A DNA stretch of 64,000 nucleotides, taken from contig JADJHE010000008.1 of assembly GCA_016707685.1 (NCBI GenBank), positions 31,300-95,299 on the forward strand, written 5' to 3'. Of the stretch, positions 18,990 to 32,193 are shown piece by piece (within the stretch, counting starts at the first letter, position 1; the number at the start of each line of letters is the position of its first letter). The DNA comes from Bacteroidota bacterium (GTDB lineage Bacteria > Bacteroidota > Bacteroidia > 2-12-FULL-35-15). A program made the translations under genes and the position numbers. The notes beneath the pieces were generated by a model, which worked only from the letters and a program-made list of their open reading frames with translations, made no database searches and was not told the DNA's origin.

Positions 18990-19396
18990 ACCTAAATCCT
19001 CCCTACCCCAATAGGAGTTTTATTGCAACTAATCAGCCAGTAACAACCGCTACCATTGTAATTATTAGTCCCCAGCCTTGCATAAAGTTTGATCCGCTTT
19101 TTGAATTATTGTTATTTTCCATGTTGTTTTATTTTTAATATGAATGAAATTCCTTAGAGGAATAAAAATGAATGTTCCGCGATCTAATGTTATGACCGTG
19201 GAAATAAAATAAAAACAAGAGGAATCAAATTAATAACTGACGGAAGGCAATATAATGTGGAGAGGCCTCTGAGTGGGCCATTTTATTAGAGCTGTACGCT
19301 AGCAGCGAAGTGTTCGACACAAGCGTGAAACGAGAAGCATAAACGTGAAATAATCCTTTGTTATTGGAATGGTGTTGAAAGTTGGGGCGGTAATTT

Positions 19397-19606
19397 TCAG
19401 TGTTTCGAACGCTGGTGTGTAAAATCCCTTCCGAAGAAATAAGTTCTTGTTCGGCATTCGGACCAGGGGTGTTGTGAAATAGTTCCACAAAGCACTTCAC
19501 TTTGTTTTCCATCCTTTTGATGCGTAGACACAGCATTTCCTTTGCTGTATGTTGAGAACAAAACAAACAGCGAAAGTAAAAAAGTAAAAAGGTGTTTTTT
19601 ATGCAT
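19397..19606 (-). CDS. small hypothetical secreted protein of 69 aa
   Basis: The signal peptide is MHKKHLFTFLLSLFVLFSTYSKG. The mature part has two Cys. It lies in a locally GC-richer patch. Weak. Confidence 0.2.
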   Translation of the reverse strand: MHKKHLFTFLLSLFVLFSTYSKGNAVSTHQKDGKQSEVLCGTISQHPWSECRTRTYFFGRDFTHQRSKH

Positions 19607-19711
19607 TATTTCTTTTGCAAAGATAAGAAATTTTAGGAAACTGAATTGTTATTGAGGATCGGAGTCTTGTTGGCTTTATTGTTATTGATTTGTAGCACAA
19701 AGTATTTTTGT

Positions 19712-20173
19712 TTACAATACCATTTTAGTTAATTCAACTTCTAGTCGGTCAAAATTTTCTTCGTTTTTATCGACAACAAATTTTTTAAGCTTGTTGCAGG
19801 CATCTGCAGAATCGAAAATCATTCTAAAAATAATTTTTGTTTTGTTGCTCTCCACTTCTTCAAAAGTAAAAACTACTTGAAACAAAGGTTGTGAATAACG
19901 CTTCCAAGCAATAAGAGTAGGTTTTTCAATTTTTGTAAATTCGCATTCATTGGCATAATTCCCTTTATCTGGACCATGCATAACAAAGCTCCATTTGCCA
20001 CCTGGTTGGAAGTCGAATTCATTAAATGTATTTGTAAAACCAGCTGGTCCCCACCAGTTTTTTAAATGATTAGGATTTGCCCATGCTTCAAATACAAGTT
20101 CTATGGAAGCATTAACAATTCTTGTGCTTCTAATTTCACAGTCGGGTGTTGTTGAAAGATATTCAGTTGTCAT
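19712..20173 (-). CDS. SRPBCC superfamily protein, AHSA1 / polyketide-cyclase-like
   Basis: The pattern ELVFEAWANPNHLKNWWGP...GGKWSFVMHGPDKGNYANE is typical of Aha1-domain SRPBCC proteins. The start was set at MTTEYL. Confidence 0.6.
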   Translation of the reverse strand: MTTEYLSTTPDCEIRSTRIVNASIELVFEAWANPNHLKNWWGPAGFTNTFNEFDFQPGGKWSFVMHGPDKGNYANECEFTKIEKPTLIAWKRYSQPLFQVVFTFEEVESNKTKIIFRMIFDSADACNKLKKFVVDKNEENFDRLEVELTKMVL

Positions 20174-20222
20174 TTTAGCAATGATTTGTTGTATAATCCA
20201 AATATACAAAAATCAAAAAAGG

Positions 20223-20999
20223 TTAATTGAAAAAGTCTGGTTGAGAAAATTTATGGAGAGCAATTAAAAGCAGATTAAAATCAAAAAAATCTTTTGTAAG
20301 ATCATCTTTATTCACTTGATTTTTTTTAATTCTAAATTCAAAATGCTTTTTTCTTCCTTTCAGCATCAAAAACAATTTTCTCTTCTTTATTACAACGTTG
20401 ATTTTATTGTCTTTGTCCATCTCATCCAGAAAGCGGTTGATTTTTTCTATATCCTGATTTTCAATGACACTTTTAAATAATAGAACGCCAACAATGCCAT
20501 CAAAACTTCGACCTAGAGGAGAAACACTATGAAGTTCCGAAATTCGAAAGCGCATAGTATTTATTTTTCCAAATATTAAATCATCGCCATAGCAAAATTG
20601 CAATATGCCACTTTGTAATTCAAGATCTTTAATATCTTCATCGGGCAATATCCCTTTAAATGATAAATGAAAATCATTTGTATAATTATTCAAAACATTT
20701 TTTATAATGGAAGACTTAATTGACCATGTAATTCGCTGCATTATTCTATCGGCAAAGAATTGATACAATGGAATAAAAACGATAGAAGAGAATACTAAAA
20801 TCGCTACAATGATATCCCCTAAATATATTTCCCAATCGGGATAGTGGTATTTTCTTTGTGCGCCAAGTAATTTTATATGGACATATAGAACGCCAATGGC
20901 TCCCAAAAAGATCATTGTTTTCTTTGCCTTTAACAAAAAAGACTTTTGAGCATTGAATAGCTCTTCTACTTTTTGTATGTTATCTTCTAATGCTTCCAT
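20223..20999 (-). CDS. hypothetical membrane protein with two predicted TM helices near the N-terminus
   Basis: Hydrophobic stretches IFLGAIGVLYV and IIVAILVFSSIVFIPLY. No catalytic motifs. Its start adjoins the stop of the TauE gene. Confidence 0.45.
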   Translation of the reverse strand: MEALEDNIQKVEELFNAQKSFLLKAKKTMIFLGAIGVLYVHIKLLGAQRKYHYPDWEIYLGDIIVAILVFSSIVFIPLYQFFADRIMQRITWSIKSSIIKNVLNNYTNDFHLSFKGILPDEDIKDLELQSGILQFCYGDDLIFGKINTMRFRISELHSVSPLGRSFDGIVGVLLFKSVIENQDIEKINRFLDEMDKDNKINVVIKKRKLFLMLKGRKKHFEFRIKKNQVNKDDLTKDFFDFNLLLIALHKFSQPDFFN

Positions 21000-21797
21000 T
21001 TATGCTGCAATAAACACATCATACCCATAAAGGATAATCATCAAACTTACAATAACAAGAAAGAGTGTACGAACAAATCCATTTCCTTTTTTTAATGCAA
21101 TGCGCGTACCAATAAAACTTCCGGTAATGTTGAATACAGCCATTAATATTGCTAGTTCAATGATGTAGTTCCCTTGTTTTATAAACACCACCAAGGCGGC
21201 AATATTGGTCATGCAATTAATTACTTTGGAATAGGCCGATGCTTCGATAAATTCAAATCCAAGTATTACTACAAATCCTAAAACAAAAAAGCTTCCAGTG
21301 CCTGGACCAAAAAAGCCATCGTAAAACCCAACGATGGTTCCAAGTATTGAACCGTATAGCAATTGTTTATTGAAGCTTAAATTTTTTGTTTGAACAGCGC
21401 CTAAATCTTTTTTTATAAAAGTATAAATCGCAATTAGGATGAGGATGATTAAGATGAGTGGCTTTAGTGTTTTTACATCAATGGCGCTTACGGTTTTTGC
21501 TCCCAAAAAAGAAGCAAGTCCAGCGCAAGCGGCAACAGCTAATAATAATTTATAATTGAATTTTACACGTTTGGAATATTCAATAGCAGAAATGCTAGTG
21601 CCTGCTAAAGCAGCAATTTTGTTGGTGCCAAACAAGGTTGGCAAAGCCATTTGTGGAAAGTTGATGAGTAAAGTTGGAATGGAAATCAATCCACCACCAC
21701 CAACCACAGCATCAATGAATCCAGCTAAAAACGATAATGCAATTAAGGATGCAATTGCAATAGCACTGTAGTCGGATAGGATGGTTAAAAAACTCAT
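21000..21797 (-). CDS. TauE/SafE (DUF81) family sulfite/anion exporter membrane protein
   Basis: N-terminal LSFLAGFIDAVVGGGGLISIPTLL and a repeated internal half are typical of TauE/SafE. Confidence 0.75.
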   Translation of the reverse strand: MSFLTILSDYSAIAIASLIALSFLAGFIDAVVGGGGLISIPTLLINFPQMALPTLFGTNKIAALAGTSISAIEYSKRVKFNYKLLLAVAACAGLASFLGAKTVSAIDVKTLKPLILIILILIAIYTFIKKDLGAVQTKNLSFNKQLLYGSILGTIVGFYDGFFGPGTGSFFVLGFVVILGFEFIEASAYSKVINCMTNIAALVVFIKQGNYIIELAILMAVFNITGSFIGTRIALKKGNGFVRTLFLVIVSLMIILYGYDVFIAA

Positions 21798-21840
21798 TGA
21801 ATCATTTTTTAATAGAAATCAAATAGCCATCAACCAATAA

Positions 21841-23481
<1,641 letters not shown>

Positions 23482-23579
23482 TCAGAAATTTGAGGCTGCA
23501 AAAGTACGCTTTTTTATTGAAGAATTAATGCCCTTTAATGTGTTTCCTTATTGATTTTTGCTTTATTTTAGATGAATAT

Positions 23580-25709
23580 ATGAAGATAAATAAAAAATAT
23601 ACGATTCTACTGTTTGTTTTGATAGCTATTCATTCGCTGTTTGCACAAACACCTGTTGTGGATAGTTTGAAAAAATTATCGACCGCAAATGTGAACGATA
23701 CCTTGAAAATGCATGCTTATGCAGAATTGACGTATGAGTACTTATCTATTGATATTGATTCGGCAAAAATGTTTGCCAACTTGGGGATAAAAAAATATAG
23801 CAACAACAAAAATAAATTATTGCTTTCGGATTTGTATGCAGCTTTGGGTACAGCTTATGGCTATGAACGTGATTTTGATAATAGTCTTGTCAATTTTAAT
23901 AAATCACTAGCCATTTTAAAAACAACAAAAGATAAAACGGCTATTTCAAAAACCTATTTCAATATCGGTTTGATATACTACTATACTGCTAAATACGATT
24001 TAGCAATTCAGCAATACATTGAAGCATTAAAATTATTAGAATCAATAAAAGACACGCAAACACTTCCTAATATTTACAATGGCTTGAGTGGTATGTACAA
24101 AGAGATTCGCAACTATGACGAAGCACTTAATTATGGACAAAAAGCCTTAAAATTATTTAGTCAGAATAAAGATTCAGTTGGCATGGCATCGGCATTAAAC
24201 AATGTTGGAAATGTATACGATTATCAGAATAAATTGGATGAGGCACTAGATAATTATCGCAAATCGATGCGAATGAAAGAGCTTATAAAAATGGAAAGAG
24301 GGATGTCTAGTACACTCAACAACATTGGAATTATATTATCAAAAAAAGATAGTGTGTTGCAAGCCTTGGAATATTACAACAAAGCATTAAGCTTTTCGTC
24401 TGTTAACTCCGATAAGATAAGTCAGGCTGTTTCCTATGATGGAATAGGAATGGTGTATTACAAAATGAAACAATACGATAAAGCGCTTTCGTTTTTAGAA
24501 AAAAGCATCGCTATATCTACCGATATTGATTCAAAATTGGATATTGTAAGTACGTATGAAAAAATTGCTTTATGTTATGCAGCTAAAGGGAATTACAAAA
24601 AAGCATTTGATTACCAGCAGTTATTATTTGCAACAAAAGATTCTATTTTTAATGTGGAAAGTTCGAGACAAGTTAACGAGTTGGCTACACAATACGAAAC
24701 AGAAAAAAAACAATTGTTGATTGATAATTTGAATAAGGACAATGCTTTAAAGCAAGAAGAGTTGGCAAAATCCGAATTGCAAGTGAAGCAACAAAACATG
24801 CAAATCATGTTTTTTATTTTAGCGGTATTATTGCTCTCGATATTGTCGTTTTTCATTTTTAGAAGCTACAAACAAAAGAAACAATCGGCAGAAATTATTC
24901 TTTCTCAAAAAGAAGAAGTTGAGCGCCAGCGTGATTTAGTAGAAGAAAAAAGCAAAGAAATTACAGATAGTATTCATTATGCAAAGCGCATTCAGCAAGC
25001 ATTGTTGGCATCCGATACATTTCTAAAAAAGCACATTGCCGATTATTTTATTTTTTACAAACCAAAGGACATTGTGAGTGGCGATTTTTATTGGGCAAAT
25101 GTGATTGATGGTAAATTTGTATTGATAACAGCCGATTGCACAGGACATGGAGTTCCGGGTGCATTCATGAGTTTGTTAAACATTTCATATTTAAACGAAG
25201 CAATTATTGAAAAAAGAATGGATGCTCCGGATAAAATTTTGGATTATGTTCGTTCGCAAATTATTCAATCATTAAATCCAGAAGGCTCAGAAAATGAAGG
25301 AAGAGATGGTATGGATGCTACACTTTGTATTTATGATTTTAAAGGAATGTGGTTGCGTTTTTCTGCAGCAAACAATCCTTTGTGGTTGTATCGTAACAAT
25401 GAAATAAAAGAATTTTCGGCCGATAAAATGCCTGTTGGAATGTATCATGGCGAACAAAAACCCTTTACACAACAAACAATTGGATTAAGAAAGGATGATA
25501 TCGTTTATACATTTACAGATGGATTTGCGGATCAATTTGGAGGCGAAAAAGGCAAAAAATTTAAATATAAAAATCTTCAGCAATTGTTGCTCAGCAATGC
25601 CAGTAAGCCAATGGCAGAGCAAAAACAAATCCTTGAAAAAACATTAAGAGATTGGCAAGGCAATATGGAGCAAGTGGATGATATTCTTATAGTTGGAATT
25701 CGGTTTTAA
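23580..25709 (+). CDS. signal peptide, TPR-repeat periplasmic domain, TM helix, coiled coil, PP2C/SpoIIE phosphatase
   Basis: About eight TPR-like repeats (..A..Y..A...Y....). TM helix IMFFILAVLLLSILSFFIF. Phosphatase motifs DIVSGDFYW, DCTGHGVPGAFMS, RDGMD and FTDGFADQFGG. The start was set at MKINKKY, which gives a proper signal peptide. Confidence 0.85.
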   Translation: MKINKKYTILLFVLIAIHSLFAQTPVVDSLKKLSTANVNDTLKMHAYAELTYEYLSIDIDSAKMFANLGIKKYSNNKNKLLLSDLYAALGTAYGYERDFDNSLVNFNKSLAILKTTKDKTAISKTYFNIGLIYYYTAKYDLAIQQYIEALKLLESIKDTQTLPNIYNGLSGMYKEIRNYDEALNYGQKALKLFSQNKDSVGMASALNNVGNVYDYQNKLDEALDNYRKSMRMKELIKMERGMSSTLNNIGIILSKKDSVLQALEYYNKALSFSSVNSDKISQAVSYDGIGMVYYKMKQYDKALSFLEKSIAISTDIDSKLDIVSTYEKIALCYAAKGNYKKAFDYQQLLFATKDSIFNVESSRQVNELATQYETEKKQLLIDNLNKDNALKQEELAKSELQVKQQNMQIMFFILAVLLLSILSFFIFRSYKQKKQSAEIILSQKEEVERQRDLVEEKSKEITDSIHYAKRIQQALLASDTFLKKHIADYFIFYKPKDIVSGDFYWANVIDGKFVLITADCTGHGVPGAFMSLLNISYLNEAIIEKRMDAPDKILDYVRSQIIQSLNPEGSENEGRDGMDATLCIYDFKGMWLRFSAANNPLWLYRNNEIKEFSADKMPVGMYHGEQKPFTQQTIGLRKDDIVYTFTDGFADQFGGEKGKKFKYKNLQQLLLSNASKPMAEQKQILEKTLRDWQGNMEQVDDILIVGIRF

Positions 25710-25746
25710 TTCCTATTAATTTTATAAGCATTTTTATCTTGCACAT

Positions 25747-28700
25747 GTGCCGTTTTTTCTTTTATTTAGTAGTGTTTTTAACGATTTTATTGTGCCCACA
25801 ACAGTACTAAAAAAATATTTTTTATTCGTAGTTGTTTTTTTGTTCGTGCTTTTTTCGAAAGCACAACAAATGAACTTCAAAAACTTTTCTATTGAGGATG
25901 GTCTTCCTCAGTCTCAAATTATTGATATCTGTCAAGACAATACGGGTGTTATTTGGTTTGCTACCAATGGTGGTGGTGTGAGTAGATACAATGGGAATAA
26001 ATTTCTAAACTACAATACAAAAGATGGTTTAAGGAATAACCGTGTTTACGATATTTTCCAAGATTCAAAAAATACCATTTGGATAGGAACAGGCAAAGGG
26101 CTGAATAAATTTCACAATAATAAACTTGTTCATATTAGTGATGCGCAACTTGATCAGAAATCGATTCACAAAATTTATGAAAACACGAATGGTGAAATTT
26201 GGGTAGGTACGAGCGATGGAATTTTTATTTACAACGGTAAAAATTTTAGACCTTTTGTTGGTAACGATTCTATTGGTGCTTTTCAAGTATGGTCTATTCA
26301 GCAAGATAAGGCTGGAAATACGTGGATAGGAACATTGATGAATGGCGTTTTCTGTTATGATGGGAAACAAATGATTCATTTTACAAAAGAAAATGGATTG
26401 ATTGATTCAAAAAACAGAGATATTCTAATCAAAGGAAATCAGGTTTGGATTTCTACTTACAGAGGAATTAATATTTATGATTTATCAAAATCTTATTCGG
26501 GGAATCGTAAACTTGACACATTAAAATTTAATGGCAAACCATATCTTGAAACCGTTTATCGTTTTTACAAAGACACGAGTGGCGCGATATGGGCAGGAGT
26601 TGGTTCGGGGGTTGTGAAAATTACTTATGGGAACATTAAACATATTACAAAGCAAAACGGACTTTGTAGTAATATGATTTGTGGCATTACACAAGATAAA
26701 GAGGGAAATTTGTGGTTTGGTTCATTTGGAGGCGGTGTTAGTAAATACAGAAATGAATTATTTGAGAACATCAATGAAAATCAAGGATTAGCAAACAATA
26801 CGGTTATGTCTTTTTTCAAAGACAGTAAAAACAATATGTGGATTGGTACTTGGGGAGGTGGTGTTTCCAAATTAGATTTAACAACACTAGAAAAACACGA
26901 CTCTATTTCAATTCAAAATTTTATTCAATCAAAAAATGGTTTGGCATTTAACAATGTTTGGAGTATTTGCGAAGACAAGGCAGGAAAAATTTGGCTAGGG
27001 ACTTCAGCTCAAGGTGTAAGTGTATACGATGGGAAAGATTTTAAAAACTATCATATCAAAGATGGTTTGCATGGTATTCGAATTCAAACAATATTGTGCG
27101 ATAAAAAAGGAAATATTTGGATGGCCAATGAAAACGGCTTAGATAAATTTGATGGTAAAACATTTACATATTACGGTGAAAAGGAAGGAATGTCGGCAGA
27201 AGGAGTAAATGCTATTTATGAAGACAACGTTGGAAACCTTTGGTTTGGTTCACCCGATCGAATTATAAAATACGATGGTAAAATTTTTACCACCTTACTT
27301 CGACCAGGCGGTTTCCCTAAAATACGAAATATTATTCGAGACAAGTTTGGTTACATGTGGTTTAGTACAGATGCAGGTGCATGTGTTTATACGGGAAGTA
27401 AATTTTATTTGGTTTCAGAGTCGGATGGTTTAAGTTCAAATACAGTTTATTATGTAAAACCCGATGAAGATGGGAATTTGTGGTTGGGAACAAATAACGG
27501 GATTGATAAGCTCGACCTTTATAAATTTGTAAACAACAATGAAGTAGAGATAAAACATTATGGTAAGGAAGAAGGTTTTATGGGAGTTGAATGCAACCAA
27601 AATGCTTTTTATAAAAACGATGACGGAAAGCTGTGGATAGGAACAATTGGTGGTGTTACCATTTACAATCCTAAAGAAGAACGAATTAATAAAATCGAAC
27701 CCCAAACACACATTACAGGAATTCGTTTATTTTTAGAGGATACAAATTTTAAAAAGTATTCGGATAGTATATTAGATGGACTTCCGATTAATCTTGTTCT
27801 TCCATACGATAAAAATCACATTACGTTTGACTTTATAGGAATATCACATACAATTCCAAACAAAGTAAAATACCAGTTTATGCTGGAAGGAGCCGATCAA
27901 AATTGGTTGCCTGAAGGGAAAGAAATAAGTGCTACGTATTCAAATTTGCCTCCTGGTAAATACACGTTTGTATTAATTGCAAAAAACAATGATGGTATCT
28001 GGAATAAAAACCCTGTTCGTTTTTCTTTCGAAATAGTTCCTCCTTTTTGGCGTCAGTCTTGGTTTTATCTATTGTCGGGTGCAATTGGGATAACAGCAAT
28101 TTATCTTTTTGTTAAAATGCGTGAGCATAGTTTGCAAAGAAGTAGAATGCGTTTAAAAGAAGAAGTAGCAAACAGAACAAAAGAATTGGAAGAAGAGAAA
28201 GAAAAATTGCAAGAAGCATATTCTGAAATTGATGAAAAAAACAAAGACATTACCGATAGTATAAAGTATGCGAAACGAATCCAAGAAGCAATTTTGCCTG
28301 CCGATTCAATTTTTAAACAACACTTGCCAAATTCGTTTGTGTTGTATAAACCAAAAGATATTGTAAGTGGAGACTTTTACTGGTTAGAAAAATGGGGACA
28401 TCAAATTTTGATAGCAGCAGTTGATTGCACTGGACATGGCGTTCCTGGTGCCTTTATGAGTATTGTTGGGCACAACTTGTTAACTCAAACAGTAAATGCA
28501 TTGGGGTTATCGAAACCCGCTTTGGTATTAAATGAAGTAAACCAACAACTCTCCAAAAAACTAAATCAAAATCCAGAAGAAGCAACCGTTCGCGATGGAA
28601 TGGACATTGCTCTGTGTGGAATTAATTACGTTAAAAAAACAATTGAATTTGCGGGAGCCAATAATCCCGTTTGGATTATTAAAAATGGGAAGGAGTTGGT

Positions 28701-29002
28701 TCAACTAAATGGAGACAAATTTCCAATAGGCGCTTTTGTTGGAGAAGAGCTTCAGCAATTTACCAATCATGAATGGCAATTACAAGAAGGTGATATCATT
28801 TATTTGTTTACTGATGGTTATGCCGATCAGTTTGGTGGACCTAAAGGAAAAATTCAAATACAAACAATTCGAAGAGTTGCTATTGTCTGTTTGCAATAAA
28901 CCATTTGCAGAACAAAAAGAACGATTAGAAAAAACAATAGAAGAGTGGCGAGGAGAGTTGGAGCAGGTAGATGATATATTGGTTATTGGAATAAAGATAT
29001 AA
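25747..29002 (+). CDS. propeller/Y_Y_Y-TM-PP2C sensor phosphatase. The C-terminal end is frameshifted at an A5 run (28848-28852).
   Basis: ORF 25747..28899 ends FTDGYADQFGGPKGKIQIQ*. The conserved tail (K)FKYKQ...EQVDDILVIGIKI continues in ORF 28736..29002 in the +1 frame. The paralogs read this region uninterrupted. Confidence 0.75.
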
Positions 29003-29005
29003 AAG

Positions 29006-32000
29006 TTGAAACTACTAAAAAAATACTACTACTACTTTTGTTTTTTGTTGTTAGCGCCACGAAGGCGCAATACAATGGCTTTCCTATTCGAAACTACTCC
29101 CAAAAGGAATACAATGCATTTATGCAAAATTGGTATTGTGTTCAAGATAAACGTGGTGTTTTATATTTTGGAAATAGTAGTAATGTATTGGAATACGATG
29201 GAAAAAACTGGCGTAAAATTCCAATTGTTAAAGGAGTTGCTGTTCGCTCACTATACATAAATAGTCAAGGGACCATATTTGTTGGAACGGTTGGTGATTT
29301 TGGTTATTTAGCACCTCAAAAAAATGGAGATTTAATTTATCAATCATTAAGCTCCTTGTTACCTGCTGAAAAAAGAACATTTTCAGATGTGTGGCACATA
29401 CAAGAATTGAATGGTGCAATTCATTTTCAAACGAGTGAAAATATATTTGTTTATGAAAAGAATAAACTAAAAGTTGTTGCACCAACGCAAAACACATTTG
29501 CTTCCATCTCGTTTAAAATAAACGATCTTCTATTGCTTCGTGAGCGTAAAATTGGATTGATGAAGTGGGACGGCAAATCTTTGTCATTGTTTCCGGGTGG
29601 AGCTTTTTTGCAGAACACTGCAGTTGTAGGGATGATTAATTTTCCAACCCAACACAGCAAGAATATTTTAACAATCTCAGTTGATGAAGGATTTGCCTTC
29701 ATCGATACTGAAAAAGGAAAAATTACAAAATACAATGCTCCTTCCGAAAACGAATTAAATACGATTGGCGTTTTAGGAATGCAGTGGTTTAATGATTCAA
29801 CAATAATTTTAAATACACGCTCAGGTGTTTATTTTTTAGATAACAAACTAAACATCATTCGAACAATAACCAAAGCAGATGGATTGGTAGATGAATCGGT
29901 AGCAGACATTTTTTTTGATTTGCAAAAAGAAATGTGGCTAAGCACAAATAATGGAATTAGTAAAGTATCGGTAAATTCTCCCTTTTATTATTACAATGCT
30001 ACAGCAGGATTAAATGGAAATATTGAAGCTATTACAACACTTGGAAATACAATTTACGTTGGAACAACATCTGGAATGTATGTTGCAGAATTAGGAACAA
30101 ACAATAGAAGTGGCGCTCCTCAAAAATTAGTTTTTAATCAAGTTGAAGGCACTTATTTTGAGACATGGAATTTTAGAGTGGCAGAGAACAGGGTATATGG
30201 AGCAACAAGTGATGGGGTTTTCGAAATTGTAAACAAAAAAGTGGCTCGTCTTACGAAGGCATATTCGAACACAATTTATATTCACGAAAACAACCGAATG
30301 TTTATCGGTGAAAAAGATGGTTTACGAGTTTTAGATAAAAAGGGAGAAAAATGGATTGAATCGCACTTTTTTAGTATTCCAACAAGCGATATTATGAACT
30401 TTGTATTGGAGGGAATAAATGAGAAGAGTGAGTCTTTCGTCTGGTTTAGCACTCGAAACAGTGGTGTATATAAAATGATCATACAACCGGATTATAATTA
30501 TGCACTAACACATTTTGATACAACAAATGGATTGCCGAATGAACAGGTATTTATATTTAAAAAAAATCAGGAGGTATACTTCAATGGAAATCATTTTGTT
30601 TATCAATTTGATAAAAAGGCATCGAACCCAAAGAAAAAATTTGTTGTTGTCAATAAAAATGCATCAGCTTATAACCATAATGCAGAACCAATTCCACTTT
30701 TAAATATTGAAAATCCGAACACCCAAAAAACAGTTAAAGCAATAGCGGCAATCGAAGACCAAGGTTATACCTATTACCAATCCGATTCGTCTATTTTGTG
30801 GATAGGTTTAACAGATGTACTCACGCGCTATGATGCAACAGTTCAAAAGGAATATTCACCCGTATATACTACACTTATCAGAAAGGTTACTATTGCAAAC
30901 GATTCAACTGTTTTTGCAGGGACATTTTCTGTTCCTTTTGAAAACGGCTATGTGGTTGTTGATACACAAACCACGAACTTTATTCCAGAAATTGCTTATA
31001 AATACAACACATTGGATTTTAACTATTCAGCAGCATTTTATGATCGAGAGGATAAAATAAATTTTAGTTATAAATTAGTTGGTTTTGATACGGCTTGGAG
31101 TGAGTGGTCTAGCTTGAATTATAAACAATACACCAATTTGTATGAAGGCGAATACTCCTTTGAAGTAAAAGCAAAAAACATTTATGGACATGAAAGTAAA
31201 ATAGCAAACTATCGTTTTGTTATTCTACCTCCTTGGTATAGATCTTTCATTGCTTATATCATCTATTTTATTGCATTTATTATTTTGATTATCATAATTG
31301 TTCGCATAAGTGTTTGGCGATTAAGAAAAGCGAAAATAAAACTTGAAAAGATTGTTGACGAAAGAACCGCAGAAGTTGTAAAACAAAAAGAAGAACTACA
31401 GCAAAAAAGCGAAATTATTGAAGTTGCATACAATGATATCAAATCAAGTATTAATTATGCAAAACGAATTCAAGAAGCAATTCTTCCTTTGAATGAAGAA
31501 ATAAAAAAATCTTTCCCAGAATCATTCATTTTGTTTAAACCAAGAGATGTTGTAAGTGGAGATTTTTATTGGTTTACGAAAACCGCAGGAAAAACAATTA
31601 TTGCATGCGTTGATTGCACAGGCCATGGCGTACCTGGTGCTTTTATGAGTATGATTGGCAATACGCTATTAAACGAAATTGTGGTCGAAAAAAATATTAC
31701 ACAACCCAATCAAATACTTAACTTACTTCATGAGCGTGTTCGACAATCGTTAAAGCAGGATATGGAAAACACAGAGACACGCGATGGAATGGACATTGCT
31801 ATTTGTGTAATTGATGATGCGAAAGAGCAATTGCACTATGCAGGTGCAAATCGCTCCTTGGTAATTATTCGCGACAAGTCCTTAATTGAACTAAAAGCAG
31901 ACAAACAGCCTATAGGTGGTGATCAAATGGAGCAAGACCGTGTTTTCAAAAACATCGAATTTAAGCTTCATAAAAACGATGTTATTTACATGACAACAGA

Positions 32001-32193
32001 TGGTTATGCGGATCAATTTGGAGGAGAAAAAGGGAAAAAATTTATGGTAAAACGCCTACATCAGCTATTGATAGATTTGAATGATAAAAAAATGGATGTA
32101 CAAAGCATGCTGTTAAAAAATACTATTGAAGACTGGCAAGGGAATCTGGAACAAGTAGATGATATATTGGTAATTGGAATAAAAATCTCATGA
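29006..32193 (+). CDS. divergent-propeller/Y_Y_Y-TM-PP2C sensor phosphatase. The 5' end is probably frameshifted at an A7 run.
   Basis: The PP2C motifs VVSGDFYW, DCTGHGVPGAFMS, RDGMD and TTDGYADQFGG are intact. If the A7 run at 29017-29023 is read as A8, the TTG/ATG at 29006 gives MKLLKKILLLLLFFVVSATKAQ, a canonical signal peptide. As given, the signal peptide is split between two frames. Confidence 0.75.

Noticed and set aside
19225-19566. 113-aa ORF 19225..19566 (minus)
   Set aside because: It has no signal peptide, no domain features and an odd composition. It overlaps the more plausible 19397..19606 ORF. It is probably spurious.
18400-19700. tRNA, tmRNA, RNase P or SRP RNA in the gene-poor region
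   Set aside because: No GTTCGAATC-type T-loop is present. Neither the SRP GGAAGCAGCC motif nor the RNase P conserved blocks were seen.
29006-29260. ORF 29006..29260 (MKLLKKYYYYFCFLLL...) as a separate small gene
   Set aside because: It is the out-of-frame 5' part of sensor-phosphatase E. Adding one A to the A7 run joins its MKLLKK start to the signal peptide of the long ORF.
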